Shown: positions 1 through 16,258 of the stretch, one piece after another
Position numbering within the stretch: the stretch's first letter is position 1
Layout of the letters: each line of letters begins with the position of its first letter
NCBI RefSeq assembly: GCF_009914755.1
Contig: NC_060934.1
Length of the DNA stretch: 64,000 bases
Reading direction: 5' to 3' (one strand)
Source: the human T2T-CHM13v2.0 reference genome, Homo sapiens
Translations under genes and position numbers: made by a program
Notes under the pieces: model-generated
Database searches by the model: none
Told to the model about the DNA's origin: nothing
Seen by the model: only the letters and a program-made list of their open reading frames with translations

Positions 1-1279
1 ACTCCTTAGCATGATATATAAGGGCATTTCATGATCATTCCTCTAGCCATCTCCTTACACCACTCTCCCCCATGAACCATCATGTATATTGCAGATAATC
101 ACACCTACTCAGAGAGTTCCCAAAACACCTAATGTTCTTGTATATGTCCAGCCTCTTGTCCACCTAGCAAAAAACTTCACTTAACCTCTAAGGAATCAAT
201 TTAGACTAGCCTTTTTGAACTAGTATCCTAGCTTTGACATTTCCTTTTCTGGGTTCTCATAGCACCTTGAACAAAGTTCTTAAAACACTTCACATAATTA
301 TGAAAACAATTATTTGTGTGACGCTTTTCTACCTCAAAAGCTCACACAAATTAAATAAAATTTCAGTCCAGTAATGTCATCAGGGCTTGAAGGAGACCAA
401 GGCAAAAAAGACATGCTAAATCTTGTGTATATGCAATGCACAAGTGTGCATTTCTTTTTTTGGGGTGAAAGATTCAGCTTTCATCAGATTTTGAAAGGGA
501 TTAGTAACCTAAAAAGATCAAGCAGCATTGCACTAAAATGGTTCTTACTCATTTTTACATAGCTTACTCATTTTTATATATTCTTACTGCCTATGACAGA
601 GACTGCGTCTCTTATTAGATGCTCAATAACTGTTGAATAAACAAAGTAAACATTTTCCAGAAAACAATAAATTTAACAGAATACTGTCATACAAACACTT
701 AATTTGTTCATAATTTTTGCATTAATGTAGTAAATTGCCATCTGAAATGTATATCAAACATTATCAAAACTTTTGTCCAACAAAATCATTTATATTAGAG
801 GAGAATGAAACAATATAGTTTGTCATTCAAGATTTGATGAACTAATTTGTAAGTAAATGTTCTGTGTATAAATATTACAGATAAGAACATCTACATAGGT
901 TCATGAAAAATGCTGCCAATATTAATATTTTAATAGTAGACATGGATCTACTAACTGGACTAAAATACCAATCTAAAAAGAGGAGAAAGGAACTGCATTT
1001 TGTAAATTCAAGGCGTTATTACATGTCTGTTCTGATAGATCAAAAAGTAACATAAAATAATCAACGTTTCCCTATTAATTCATATTAAATCTGGCCAAAA
1101 AACAGGAATTGAGAAACAAGCATTCTGACAATCTTTTCGGTACTTTTATATCTTATTGTCCCCCAAATGTGTTAACCACTATTTTTCCCCCCTCCATTTC
1201 TATTCCTAAGGAGGGAACCATTCTATTTAATAAGCTTCAGTTCCACCAAGAGTGTTCTTTATCAGCCTAAAATACACAC

Positions 1280-1558
1280 CTGTCCTTGTTTCCAACATTC
1301 TTTGAAAAGCTTCCAATTACTGCTATTCTTATAATCCTTAAGCCATAAAATATGCTTCTCACAGATCCAAGAATGTGGTATATCACTGTATAATTTATTA
1401 TTTTCATCCACTGCAGATATTATGCTTTCTTCAGGCTCTTCTTTAAGCTCTGGTTTTACATTTATCTTGGAGGTTTTACTTGGTGGAATTTTGTTTTCAA
1501 CAACTGAAGCAATTATGTCATCAAGAATGTTAGGCATAGTCCGTCCACTTTTGCTACT
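1280..1558 (-). CDS. JMJD1C: JMJD1C coding exon 18 (279 nt; SSKSGRTMPNILDDIIASVVENK...LFKECWKQGQ)
   Basis: ttaatag|AGT acceptor, CAG|gtgtgt donor; ORF 1262..1537; FxxCWxxGQ precedes the catalytic region in KDM3 proteins. Confidence 0.96.
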
Positions 1559-1864
1559 CTATTAAGGAAAAAACAAAACAAAAAAAACCTGTTTTTGAGA
1601 GAAATCAAATACATTTTCCTCCCACAGACTTATTTTTTTTTAAACAATATCCCTACACTCCACAATATGCACTTCTCTTAGATTTGAGTTCCTATATTCC
1701 TGACAAAATGCAAACCAGAAGTCTGGTTGTGTGAGAACTGCCAGGTCTGAAAAACTTAGAAGTACAGCCTTCCTGTCTTTTACATTGTTATAGGCCTGGG
1801 ACAGAGAATACAAGTAGGTGGCATCCCTCATATACATTTTTTAAAATTTTTAAATATTTTATAA

Positions 1865-2613
1865 GAAATAGAGATGAGGGTCTTGCTATGTTGCTCAGGC
1901 TGGTTTCAAACTCCTGGGCTCAAGCAATCCTCCCACCTCAGCCTCCCAAAGTGCTAGGATTACAGGCATGATTGACCCCCCAATACTCCATATATATATA
2001 CACATTTTTTTTTTTTTTTGAGATGGGAGTCTCACTCTGTCGCCCAGGCTAGAGTGCAGTGGTGTGATCTCAGCTCACTACAAGCTCCGCCTCCCAGATT
2101 CAAGTGATTTTCCTGTCTCAGACTCCCAAATAGTTGAGATTACAAGCATGCATCACCATGCACCATGCCTGGCTAATTTTTGTATTTTCAGTAGAGACAG
2201 GGTTTCACCATGTTGTTGGCCAGGCTGGTCCCGAACCCCTGACCTCAGGTGGTCTGCCCACGTCAGCCTCCCAAAGTGCTAGGATTACAGGCGTAAGCCA
2301 CCACACCCAGCCCCCATATACTTTTATTTTTTTTGAGATGGAGTCTCGCTCTGTCGCCCAGGCTGGAGTGTAGTGGCGTGATCTCGGCTCATTGCAACCT
2401 CCGCCTCCTGGGTTTAAGCAATTCTCTGCCTCAGCCTCCCAAGTAGCTGGGATTACAGACACGTGCCACCACACCTGGCTAACTTTTGTATTTTTAGTAG
2501 AGACAAGGTTTCACCATCTTGGCCAGGCTGGTCTTGAACTCCTGACCTCGTGATCCAGCCGCCTCAGTCTCCGAAAGTGCTGGGATTACAGGTGTGAGCC
2601 GCCGCACCCGGCC
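1865..2613 (-). mobile_element. Alu cluster: left-arm/FLAM fragment (1865-1975) and two tandem AluS (2005-2312, 2322-2613)
   Basis: Reverse-complement Alu consensus with poly-T heads. Confidence 0.9.
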
Positions 2614-2946
2614 CCCCATATAGTTTTAAAAGAAATTATACTGCTCTTTTTTCCTGGTAAATAATTAAAGCAAAATTTGACTTCTAATTATTTTAAGTAA
2701 CATACAACATTCACTTCCATGTGGGTTTTTCCCTTCACTAGACAAATAGTTTCCAAATTCTAAAGGGGTATCTTAGGGACCTTCTGGAATCGAAGAGCAC
2801 CCCCCCTCCACCTTTCACCTTGGAAAAAAAGACAGAAAATGCCAGCTTTCAAGGTAAAGAGAGTTATAATGCAAATAGAAACATGCCTAGCAATTTGGTA
2901 CACTTGATTTCATCAGCATACTGGGTAGTTCAGAGCCAAAAACTAA

Positions 2947-3615
<669 letters not shown>

Positions 3616-3814
3616 TGAGATAAAAACTGAAGGAAGCATTGTGATTTATTCACCTAAACACAAACCTGAGGATGAGTGAGGTTTGAGACCAGCTTGGCCA
3701 AATGGATTCAAACAATCTAAATATAAAAAGGCCTTCCTCAATATTTAAGACATGTTTACACCTGTTACAAATGAAAAACACTACAGCAAAGACAGGTAGA
3801 AAATACAGGTAAGT

Positions 3815-4876
<1,062 letters not shown>

Positions 4877-5047
4877 CTAATAAGTGAAGACAAAATGTTT
4901 TACATTGAACCTAACCCATAATTCAAGAAAAAGACCAAAGTAAATTGTTTACCTCAATATTAACAGTACTTTATTGTACAATAGTACATTGTTGGTTAGT
5001 TATACTATACTCCTCTCACACATGCCTAGATAATCAATTATGTTTAC

Positions 5048-5261
5048 CTTTTTTTTCCTCTCTGGCTTTTTGCTCTGCAAGATCTGCTAACCAGTGCAGT
5101 GGTGACTGGGATTCTGGAGGAGTTAACTTGTTATCTGTGCCTACATCACTCTCTGGGCTGCTGCCACCATTTTTCTCAGACTTCGGAGGAGTATTTTGCT
5201 GCTGAGACTCAGGCATGCACAGAGAAATTTTATTACTGTGATTAAGAACATTCTGTAAAAC
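5048..5261 (-). CDS. JMJD1C: JMJD1C coding exon 16 (214 nt; VLQNVLNHSNK...SPLHWLADLAEQKAREEKK)
   Basis: tttgtag|GTT acceptor, AAG|gtaaac donor; ORF 5034..5216. Confidence 0.95.
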
Positions 5262-5454
5262 CTACAAAGGTAGAACAATTACATTTTTAAACACTTTCTT
5301 CAATAATTCAATTAGTAGTATAGATACAAAAAATTTACACAGAAACACAGCAAACCTAATTCATACATAAGTCCTAAACCAAATTTCAAATAAATATCAA
5401 AGTTGACTAATTTAACCACAGATTTTATTTGAATAACCAGAGATTTTTACTCAC

Positions 5455-5582
5455 TTGAGATACACCATTCATTGTAGGAAAATTTCCAACTTGTAAATTC
5501 TGTTTGTTAGTACAATGACAATGGGATTTAATACCATATTTTTCCCTAAGAGTGTGCATGGCATCTAGAAGATCTGTCAAAA
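5455..5582 (-). CDS. JMJD1C: JMJD1C coding exon 15 (128 nt; LTDLLDAMHTLREKYGIKSHCHC...GVSQ)
   Basis: tttgtag|TT acceptor, CAA|gtgagt donor; KDM3-family conserved segment. Confidence 0.94.
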
Positions 5583-5669
5583 CTACAAAATAAAATGGTA
5601 GTTAATAAAAAGATTACCACTAGTTGTTAATGCTGTAAAATTTTTTTCTTACAATATTTTATATTATAA

Positions 5670-6075
<406 letters not shown>

Positions 6076-6395
6076 AAATTTATGTTCTCTATTCTTTTCT
6101 CTCTTTATTAAAAATTAGATATGCTCAAAAATTATAAGAAGCTTTCATTAAAAATCCAATAGGCCTTTTCATTACACTCCAGCTTTCCACTTCTAATGGT
6201 GAACTTTCTTCATCACTGAGGCTTGGACTTATCTTCTGAGCTTTATTACATAGAGGATTTCCAATAACTGAGCAAGACAATTCAAAACTAGTTAAATCTC
6301 TCTCCACCCTGTTATATTTCTAGATACTCCTTTAAGTGTTTCCTTAATCTGGAGCAACCAAGAGCAGTTATATTACATGAAGAAGATATACTTAC

Positions 6396-6485
6396 CAGAA
6401 CCAGGTATAATTTGGGTTGGCATTAAATGTTTGTGATCATGAGGCTGTCCCTTCACACACTTCATCCAAGCATATAGTTCTTTAT
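6396..6485 (-). CDS. JMJD1C: JMJD1C coding exon 14 (90 nt; KELYAWMKCVKGQPHDHKHLMPTQIIPGS)
   Basis: ttacag|AT acceptor, CTG|gtaagt donor; end of ORF 6373..6642. Confidence 0.95.
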
Positions 6486-7182
6486 CTGTAAGATAATAAA
6501 ACTTGTATATCACACTCATGGTTTCATAATTATAAATTGATAGTGTAAAGAACTTAACGATTATATAAAATGTTTCATAGTTGGCTAGAGTCACAGCCAA
6601 AGAGAAAAAGAAAAAAATAAAAATAATGAAATAAAATGTCAATGATATGCTTTAGATGTTTGGTTCTGAAACAAGTCAGGAAAAACAGTTCCACCATTTC
6701 CTGATTTTATAAAAACACTGACACAAAATGGATATAATGATAGCCTTTCTAAAAATTACCAGTCATTATTATTAGTGACCTCTATCTTTGTAGCTAATCT
6801 TCTATCTCTTAGCTGTTTTCTGTGCCAAACAGAATTTATGCCTGATCCTAGTACATCAGACTGACACAGTTTGAGATGACTGTTAATTCATTTTCCTCTT
6901 ATGCTTCAAAGACATGTAGAGAAACATGAGACATGTGAAAAAGCTGGTACCATACAGTTACTATTAACTGCTATTGCTGACTTCAAATAAGGTTTCATCC
7001 CTGAAGTTGTAAAGAATTAAGGCATAGCATAGGGCATAACATAAAGAATAAAAGCATTTGATACCTTGATCTCAAGAACCTTCTCTACAAATTTAGTGAC
7101 ACAGACAGCTACTTACGACGTGGCTACAAGAGTTTCAGTGTCACAAAGTTCAATAAATTCAGCATAAAAAAATCTAGAACTA

Positions 7183-8400
7183 GACCAGGCACAGTGGCTC
7201 ACACCTGTAATCCCAGCATTTTGGGAGGCCAAGGCAGCGGATCACTTGAGGTCAGGACTTCAAGACCAGCCTGGCCAACATGGTGAAACCCCATTTTTAC
7301 TAAAAATAAAAATTTAGCCAGGTGTGGTGACACATGCCTGTAGTCCCAGCTACTTGGGAGGCTGAGGCAGGAGAATCACTTGAACTCCAGGAGGTGCAGG
7401 TTGCAGCAAGCCGAGATCGCGCCATTGCACTCCAGCCTGGGTGATAGAGCAAGACACCATCTCAAAAAAAAAAAAAAAAAATCTAGAACTATTGTTTCAT
7501 AAAAATATACATTAAATAAAATTCAAACCCAGTCTAAAACTAGTTACCTTTAAAAGCTTTGACTTTCCTCTGCAAAACCTACACGGTAACTTGCAAATAT
7601 TTCATATATTGCTTATATTTTAGACACTTATGTGGATTACCACTCCATGAAGCTATATATTAAACCTACTCAATCTGAGTTTTATTATAATATTTAACAG
7701 TAAAATAGATATATAGATAGTATGGACAATAACCCAAGGCATAAGTTACACTTAAAAGAATGATACAGTGGCCAGGCATGGTGGCTCACGCTTGTAATCC
7801 CAGCACTTTGGGAGGCTGAGGTGGGCCGATCACGAGGTCAGGAGATCGAGACCACGGTGAAAACCCGTCCCTACTAAAAATACAAAAAAATTAGCTGGGC
7901 TTGGTGGCAGGCGCCTGTAGTCCCAGCTACTCGGAGAGACTAGGCAGGAGAATGGTGTGAACCCAGGAGATGGAGGTTGCAGTGAGCCGAGATTGCGCCA
8001 CTGCACTCCAGCCTGGGCAACAGAGTGAGACTCTGTCTCAAAAAAAGAAAAAAGAATGATACGGTAACAAGACTATACTTTCAAAATTAATACTACTATG
8101 AAAATCAGCAGGCTGGGCGTGGTGGCTCATGCCTGTAATCCCAGCATTTTGGGAGGCTGAGGTCAGGAGTTTGAGACCAGCCTGGCCAACTTGGTAAAAC
8201 CGTGTCTCTGCTAAAAATACAAAATTAGGCATGGTGGCACATGCCTGTAATCCCAGCTACTCGGGAGGCTGAGGCAGGAGAATTACTTGAATCCAGGAGG
8301 CCAAGATTGCGCCACTGCACTCCAGCCTGGGCAACAAGAGTGAAACTCCGTCTCAACAACAACATCCAAAAAAAAAAGAAAAAGAAAAAGAGAAAGAAAA
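7183..8400 (+). mobile_element. Three Alus (7183-7480, 7769-8053, 8111-8400)
   Basis: Alu consensus; TSDs AAAAAAATCTAGAACTA and AAAAGAATGATAC(A/G)GT. Confidence 0.9.
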
Positions 8401-8854
8401 TCATCAACAATACAACAATTTACTTTTAATATAAATATTCTTTATCTTATTCAAAAAAAGCATTTATGGTAGCTTACATCAAATTTTATAACAATTGAAA
8501 ATATCAAAATACATGTATTGTGGTTTCACATTTTACTCATATTAACATATTTATTGCATATCCCAGAAACACTTAGCTGTAGATGTTCAGCTATGCTTCC
8601 ACATTTGCTCAGGTTTCTTTGGTAAGAAAGGGTAAGAGACTTTGGTTAATCCTATCAGTAGAAGATACTGATGGTTAAATCATGGTTCATCTACCTGATA
8701 CACTACTCTGAAAAAAGAGCGGCCTGAAATGAAAATGACACTCATTACTTTGAGACAGACAATCTATACTAAGTACTTCTAATGTTTCCACAATATTAAT
8801 CCTCTTATTTCATCAGAACTCTACTCCTAACAAAAAATTCAATACCAGCTTTAG

Positions 8855-9220
<366 letters not shown>

Positions 9221-9521
9221 ACACACTGGAATCTTAAAGCAACAAGGCCTAACCTAAATTTGGGCTACATTAAGGAACTATCTGACTGAAATGAGAAGAT
9301 GGATATACTCATGAGGCTGATGGGTGTAGATGCAATTTAATTCTAGAAAATATAGCCGTTAATAAACTGTGGTTACTTCTCCTCTTAAAAACAAACTGAA
9401 AAAAAATACTTAATACATTAATAAGGAAAGTAGGAATAAAAAAACACATCTCATGTTCTAGAAGAGTGATCCTAAAGAAAAATTATAAAAAACTTCAATT
9501 TATATAAACTTATACACCAAC

Positions 9522-9674
9522 CTCTAGAACTCTTCCTTTCCTTTGCCTTGTAACAATCTAAGCAGACCACAAATCCACATTTTTGGCAGACCCAGTGAAT
9601 GTTAAACAATGTTGCTTCACATGCATCACACATCTCCCGGACTCCTCTCACTGCTCTTTTCCAGGCAATTTTGG
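9522..9674 (-). CDS. JMJD1C: JMJD1C coding exon 13 (153 nt; [44 protein letters not shown], zinc finger)
   Basis: tatttcag|CC acceptor at 9675-9676, AGAG|gttggt donor; CxxC-CxxC-CxxC KDM3/Hairless-type zinc finger. Confidence 0.96.
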
Positions 9675-9892
9675 CTGAAATACAGAAAAAACAAAAATTT
9701 TAAAGGCAAACATGCTCTTTTCCAAGGCAATTTTGGCTGAAATACAGAAGAAATAAAAATGTAAAGGCAAACCAAGAACTTTCAAGGCTATATTAACTGA
9801 AGACCAATAGCTTTCTTGAAGTAATTTGTAATTCTCTTTAGAAGACCCATAAATGATCATTAAGTGAAAAATAAAAATGCCGTACATCTAAG

Positions 9893-10095
9893 CAGGGTTT
9901 CTCAACTCTGGTACTTTTGACATTTTAGGTTGAATAATTCTTTGTTGGGAGGGATTACTCTGTGCATTGCAGACTGTTCAGAGGCATCTGTAGCCTCTAC
10001 CTATCAGATGTTGGCAACATATCCTTAACTCCCTCAGTTATGCAACCAAAGATGTCTCCAGTCATTGCTAAGTGTCCCCTGAGGGGCAAACCAGT
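9893..10095. mobile_element. MER20-like hAT DNA transposon
   Basis: CAGGGTTTCTCAAC..GACATTTTAGGTTGAATAATTCTTTGTTG..CAACCAAAGATGTCTCCAG..TGTCCCCTGAGGGGCAAA resembles MER20. Confidence 0.75.
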
Positions 10096-10623
10096 GATTT
10101 CAAGGAAGGGAAGGAAAAGAAGCTAATATTTAGAGCATCTACTATGTTAGGAACTATTAAGTACTTAAGTAAACATAATTAACATAACTACTTTCTAAAC
10201 AAATTAATGAGATAGTTATCTTTCCTATTTTCCAGACCTGCCTGATATCCAGAGAGGTTATTTGCCAAAGGTAACAGTTAGGGAGTAAAGCTGAGATTCC
10301 AATACAAATAATTGGGGTAGATTATGTCTTTATAAGCCAAATGCTGAAATTTCACAATTTCTAAAGTGGGTTTAACACATTAACTTAATGTTGTAATGGC
10401 AGAAACAGCAAAATGCTATTGTGATTTCACAAATGGTTAATTGACTCAATTCACCCTCTATAGGAAAGTATCTGTAACCTTAAATACATACTGTAAAAAG
10501 GTATCATTATCATAATTAAAAATCAAGGTTAGATAAGATTAGGGACTTCTTTCACAAACATAATTCAAAGAGAAATTCTTAAAATGAAATTTGTGCAGTT
10601 CATGTTATATTTAACTTCCTTAC

Positions 10624-10838
10624 CATCCTTTTTCACCCAGGACAAAGCTGTTTTTTCAGATGTTACTAATTGACAGAACTTATCACCTATTATATCCAAG
10701 ATATATTTAGAAGTCTCTATATCTAGTTCATCATCTTCAAAATTTTCATGTGTCCACAAACTCATAGCTTCATCATCATATTGGTCAGGAGAAGAGAAAC
10801 CATCTATTCTAACTACTCCGTTTTTACTAAATGACAAC
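10624..10838 (-). CDS. JMJD1C: JMJD1C coding exon 12 (215 nt; LSFSKNGVVRIDGFSSPDQ...ALSWVKKD)
   Basis: tttcag|G acceptor, ATG|gtaagg donor; ORF 10565..10837. Confidence 0.96.
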
Positions 10839-11959
10839 CTGAAATATTAAAACATAAAAGTATTAGGTACCCACATATTAAAACATAAGTCCAGTCTTTA
10901 AAATTGTAAATTTATAATTATGTTTACATTGCATTATAAAATATGAATTACATTAAAAACAGGAAAACAGGTTAATTCTTCACACACTAATTATTGAATT
11001 AATTTAAATAACTCAGGTGTTATGCAAATGGCAATAAGTAGTAGTAATTTTAGGTTATTTCAAGAAATAAGATCACTTATACTTACTTAACTCCAATAAA
11101 ATGAAAACTGTTTAAGTGTTTGATGAATGACAAGAGTAAAAATGTGGGCCCAATGTTGCCCAGAGCAATGCTGTTATTTTATACATAATCTAAATCGGAA
11201 TCACCAAAGCTGAAATGGCCTTAAGACTTTCACCAGGAGGACTTTAAAAATGCCAACTATACATATATTTTCATTAATTAGACTGACACATTGCTGAAGT
11301 GATTTAAGAGAACAAGGATGAAAATTCTTAATAGTTTTATAGGAACCCCATTAATGTGCTTACTTGCTCTTAGCTTCTGATATCCAAATAACTACTCTAT
11401 TCAGAGAAGTTTATGGTAAACGGAAGGCAAAATTGCCATTCTCTTACTGGCTGGTGGTTATTCCTCAATTATATTGTACTTCACTCTCTTTACTCTCAAA
11501 TAGCTGATGTCTAAGATACAAGTCATACTGTATTTTTCATATGAACAGCAACATTTCTTTTATCCCTACTTTTCATACCTTTATTATTCTTTCCAAAGCT
11601 TCCTTCTTTTTAAACCAAATTTCTCCTTTTTGTCATAACCCAGCATCTTATTTTGGTTTTATGTTATAATCTTTGCCTGAACATTTCTTTCCTTCAGACT
11701 TTTCCTAGATTTTCTTATGCCTCAAACCTACTTTCCTTTTGATTCCTTTTTTCATCTCTTCTGCACTTCCATGGGTACTACCTCTTATAATTATTCCCTG
11801 AAATTGTCTTGTCTTTTAGGGATTGTTGGCTACAAAGTGAGGAAGAAAGAGAACCTGGTCCATTCTTATCAACACGTATTTTTGGAGGTCTATACTGGGC
11901 TACCAGCATAGAGTATTCAGCAGAGTAAAGTGTCTCAATTTCTTAGGAAGATAATTACA

Positions 11960-12190
11960 GCTAACAATAGAGCATTTCATATGCGCATGGGACTACACTT
12001 AAGGACTTGGCATACTTATCTCATTTAACCTTCATTAAACCTCTCTTAGGTAGGTACTAACATTTACATTTTGCAGCTGAGACAGGCTTAGTTGTCCTAC
12101 CACAGTTAATAAACTCACACAGGAACTAAGGGACAGAGATGGAATTCACAACTAGAAATGACTGATTCTGGAGTGTGACATGTTAATTAG
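11960..12190 (+). mobile_element. MIR (another MIR-like remnant at about 10125-10320)
   Basis: TATCTCATTTAACCTTCA..ATTTTGCAGCTGAG..GGAATTCACAACTAG..TGACT core pattern. Confidence 0.6.
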
Positions 12191-12586
12191 TCTTTACTGT
12201 CTGGGTTATCCAGCTATTCTTTAGTTGAACTCTTGCAAGTCTACCTTTAAGTTTTTAATTTTAAAATATTATTTGGTAATATTCATATTAAGTTAGTATA
12301 TAGGTTAACAACTGTTAAGAAAAAAATCATTTTCTCATTAAGAATAAATCTCTCAGAACAGAAAGGTCATATGGAACATGAGTAATAATGTATGTATTTA
12401 GTCTTATAGTTAGAAATTGTTAAAATTTAGCACGAAAACATTTAATAACTCTTTTATAATGTTTCCAAAACATGGAGACTCAAAGACTTACTCCCCCATC
12501 CAAAAGGGACACTCAGAATAACACTATATAATTTCCAATATCAAATCAATAAATTACTTTTTTCCCAATCTCATATTTTCACTTAC

Positions 12587-12788
12587 CGTCTAAAGTAGTA
12601 AAATCTACAAAATACTGGTGAGTGAGCTGGTTCTTCTCCTTTTTTACTGCGAATAAGTCTACATTCTCGACACTTTTGTAAATTAGGCCCTATCTCACAG
12701 CAGGAGTCATCCTGTAAAAAGGATTCCCCAGTTTGCTTCAGCTTCTTGACTTTACGCCAATCTTTCAATACTGAACGAGGAATGCCAG
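12587..12788 (-). CDS. JMJD1C: JMJD1C coding exon 11 (202 nt; [43 protein letters not shown]...CRFYYFR)
   Basis: ttttacag|CT acceptor, ACG|gtaagt donor; Cys-rich segment typical of the KDM3 family. Confidence 0.96.
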
Positions 12789-13748
12789 CTGTAAAATCAG
12801 TAGGAAAGTTTTAGCAAGATTATGCTTTGTAAAAAGTTAAACTCCTTGAGATGAAATTCAAGTCAGTTATACAATTGTGATGATACGGTAAGACTTTAGT
12901 AAAGAAGCAAAGACATTAAGAGCTCTAGCTACTGATTAATGACTAAAAAGTGCAGCAGCGTTTCTATTTACTTACTAACCAATTCTATTAACCAAATGAA
13001 CCACTCTTATGTCAGTGTACTGAAAATGCAGAACTAAATTTTCCAGCTGACTGAACTCTTTAAATATTATTCATGTATGTATAATAGCAAACATAAGAAT
13101 CATTCATATTCTGTGTATATCAATAACTGAAAATACAGTCCTTCTATACCAAAAGTTGGTTTACATAGGAGAAAGCTCTTTCAAGATCCACAGCAAGAAC
13201 GTAAAGATTAAAGGTTTATATAGTTAGAAACTACAGGTTAGTTTCAACATATTTCTATTGAAATACATAATCTGATTTTCCAAGGTAAGTGTGGCTCATT
13301 AAGACAAGTGGTAATTTTATAAAACCTGTATTTGGGAGAAGAGGTGCTTAGCTATTTCTCCTAACATCTTTCCTTTATTATAATACCCTGCATTTGATAT
13401 CAACATACTGATGGTGGCAGTATCTTTTAGAAAAATAAAAGGGTTTGAAGAAAGTAAAAGGAAAAAAAAATTAACTTGGCTATCTTTATTGATGAATTAA
13501 AATAGCCATCAAAAAAGTAAAAAGGACAAAACTCTAATGCATTATACAGTCTAATATGTGAAAAAAAAATCAACTTATTTACATACTCTACATCATTGCT
13601 CCATCACATTTACTGACTTATGTTTAATAAGTACAAGAACATTGGCTCAAGAAATCCGTCATCTAGAGAGTAAGAAGAATTTCTGGACCGAGAGGAACTC
13701 CAAAAATTAAATGTTGTCTATTAAAATTTTTAAAAACATATTTATTTA

Positions 13749-14380
<632 letters not shown>

Positions 14381-16115
14381 AAAGCAAGCTATGTTAGGAT
14401 CAGCAATTAGTTGTTGGCTCTAACTTGTAAGTGTCTTATTGCACCCATATTAATGTATCTATATGTCAGATATTAGATTTACATAGTTTGCTATTTCTGT
14501 CATGCTGAAAGAATAAAACTGTATTTCCTACCCTTGTGTTTTCTAATCATGCCCAATGTGTGGATCAGAGGTACAGCTATTCTCCTGAGACTACGTACTT
14601 CTTGCAGAAACTTACAAAGCACTGTGTTTAAATAAACCATATAGAGTGACCCATTTGAAATCAGGTCCAATTATTAAGCACTTCTGAATTGCTGCCTCGT
14701 TCTTTACAATTACATGCTTTCCCCTCTCTGTCTCTAACTTAGGGTAAGGAGCCATTTGGCTTAATCCACTAGAGAAACACCCATGTGTATAACCACACAC
14801 CACATCTCCCGGTTATGGTATAAACCCATTTCCAGAAGACTTATGTAAAATGTTTATTTCCTCCATTGTGCAAAAGAGATTTTTCCTATGAACTGTGTAA
14901 AATATTCAGAGCTTTTACAAGTTGGAATGAATGATAGAATTGTTATACTGCTGATAAATTTTTATTTGGAACACTTGCTTCTAATCATCTATTTACTTTT
15001 CAATTTATTACACTAGAATAAACTAAATACAGTCTATTTCTTTTTATTATATGCCTTTAATTCCAGATAATGGAACAGTTCAGAGTATGGATCACCATAC
15101 CACTGTGAACAACTCAGATAGTACTATAGTAAAGAATCAGACATTTCAAAGCAAATCTCAATTATGTGACACAAAATAGGCATTTAGAGCTTTTTTTCAA
15201 TAAAAGAATAAATGAGTACAAAGACATTAAGGCCCAATTCATACGTAGAGCTTTTGATATTATAATTTTTGCTTCTAGACAAGGCCACACATGACTGCAA
15301 CTAACTCCTTTTATGAATTTAACTGTCATAGTATTTGTACAATAAATAAAACTTCATCCTTCAATTCCATATATATATAATTTACTGGCAATATATAAAA
15401 CCTAGAAGTTTGAGATTAAGACACTTAGTCAACAAAAAAATACCTAACTCAATGGATACTTCTTCATTTATAGTAAGAACCTTAGTTCTCTAGTAGCAAA
15501 TCCACAAATAGCTGCTCTAACAGAAAACTGGGGAGGAAGAAAGTAAGAGACAAATACTTGCCAAACATTAATCTCTGATATGCCACCCCCTTAAAAAATA
15601 TTTTTTTGGAGATAGAGAAATTAACTGTGATCATAAACCACTGGTTTTGTATTGTAGAATTTATATATTTGAATATAGTGGCAATTTCAGATCATAAAAT
15701 TAAATGTAAAAATTAGATAAAATGTAAGATAGAAGTAAATAAAACATAAAAATTAGTGGAGAAAAAGCGGCTGACTTTTAATTAAGAGAAACAAAAAGGT
15801 AGCAGAGAGGAAGACATTCCAAAAGAGTAGATAAGACAAAATCTATTATATCTAGCTTTAATGTACTAAGAAACACACTATTATGTGTATGTGTATATAA
15901 AATATATAATTATACATGTATAACGGTGTATGTAATCATATTACATAGTTTAGGTGTAAGCCTAACTCATTCTTTTTGATTGACCATGACTGATGACAAT
16001 TCTACTAAACAATAGAAAGAAAATAGACATTATTTAATCCATGAAGTAGATAATCCATTAATATTTAGAAGTTCCCTGACTTATGAAAACTCCCAACTTA
16101 AAGAACTTTTCTGTG

Positions 16116-16258
16116 CTCAGGAGACTGAGGCAGGAGGATTGCCTGAGCCCAGGAGTTGGAGGCTGCTGTGCACTATGGTTACACCTGTGAATATCCACTG
16201 CACTCCAGTCTGGGCAATGTAGGGAGACTGTCTCTAAAAAATATTTAAGAAAAAAAAA
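16116..16258 (+). mobile_element. Alu monomer fragment (FRAM/AluJ-like)
   Basis: GAGGCAGGAGGATTGCCTGAGCCCAGG..CACTCCAGTCTGGGC; flanked by AACTTTTCT. Confidence 0.8.

Noticed and set aside
1550-1565. Alternative AGs at the exon 18 acceptor (TAG AG TAG)
   Set aside because: They are 2 and 5 nt apart, not an in-frame NAGNAG, and nothing supports their use.
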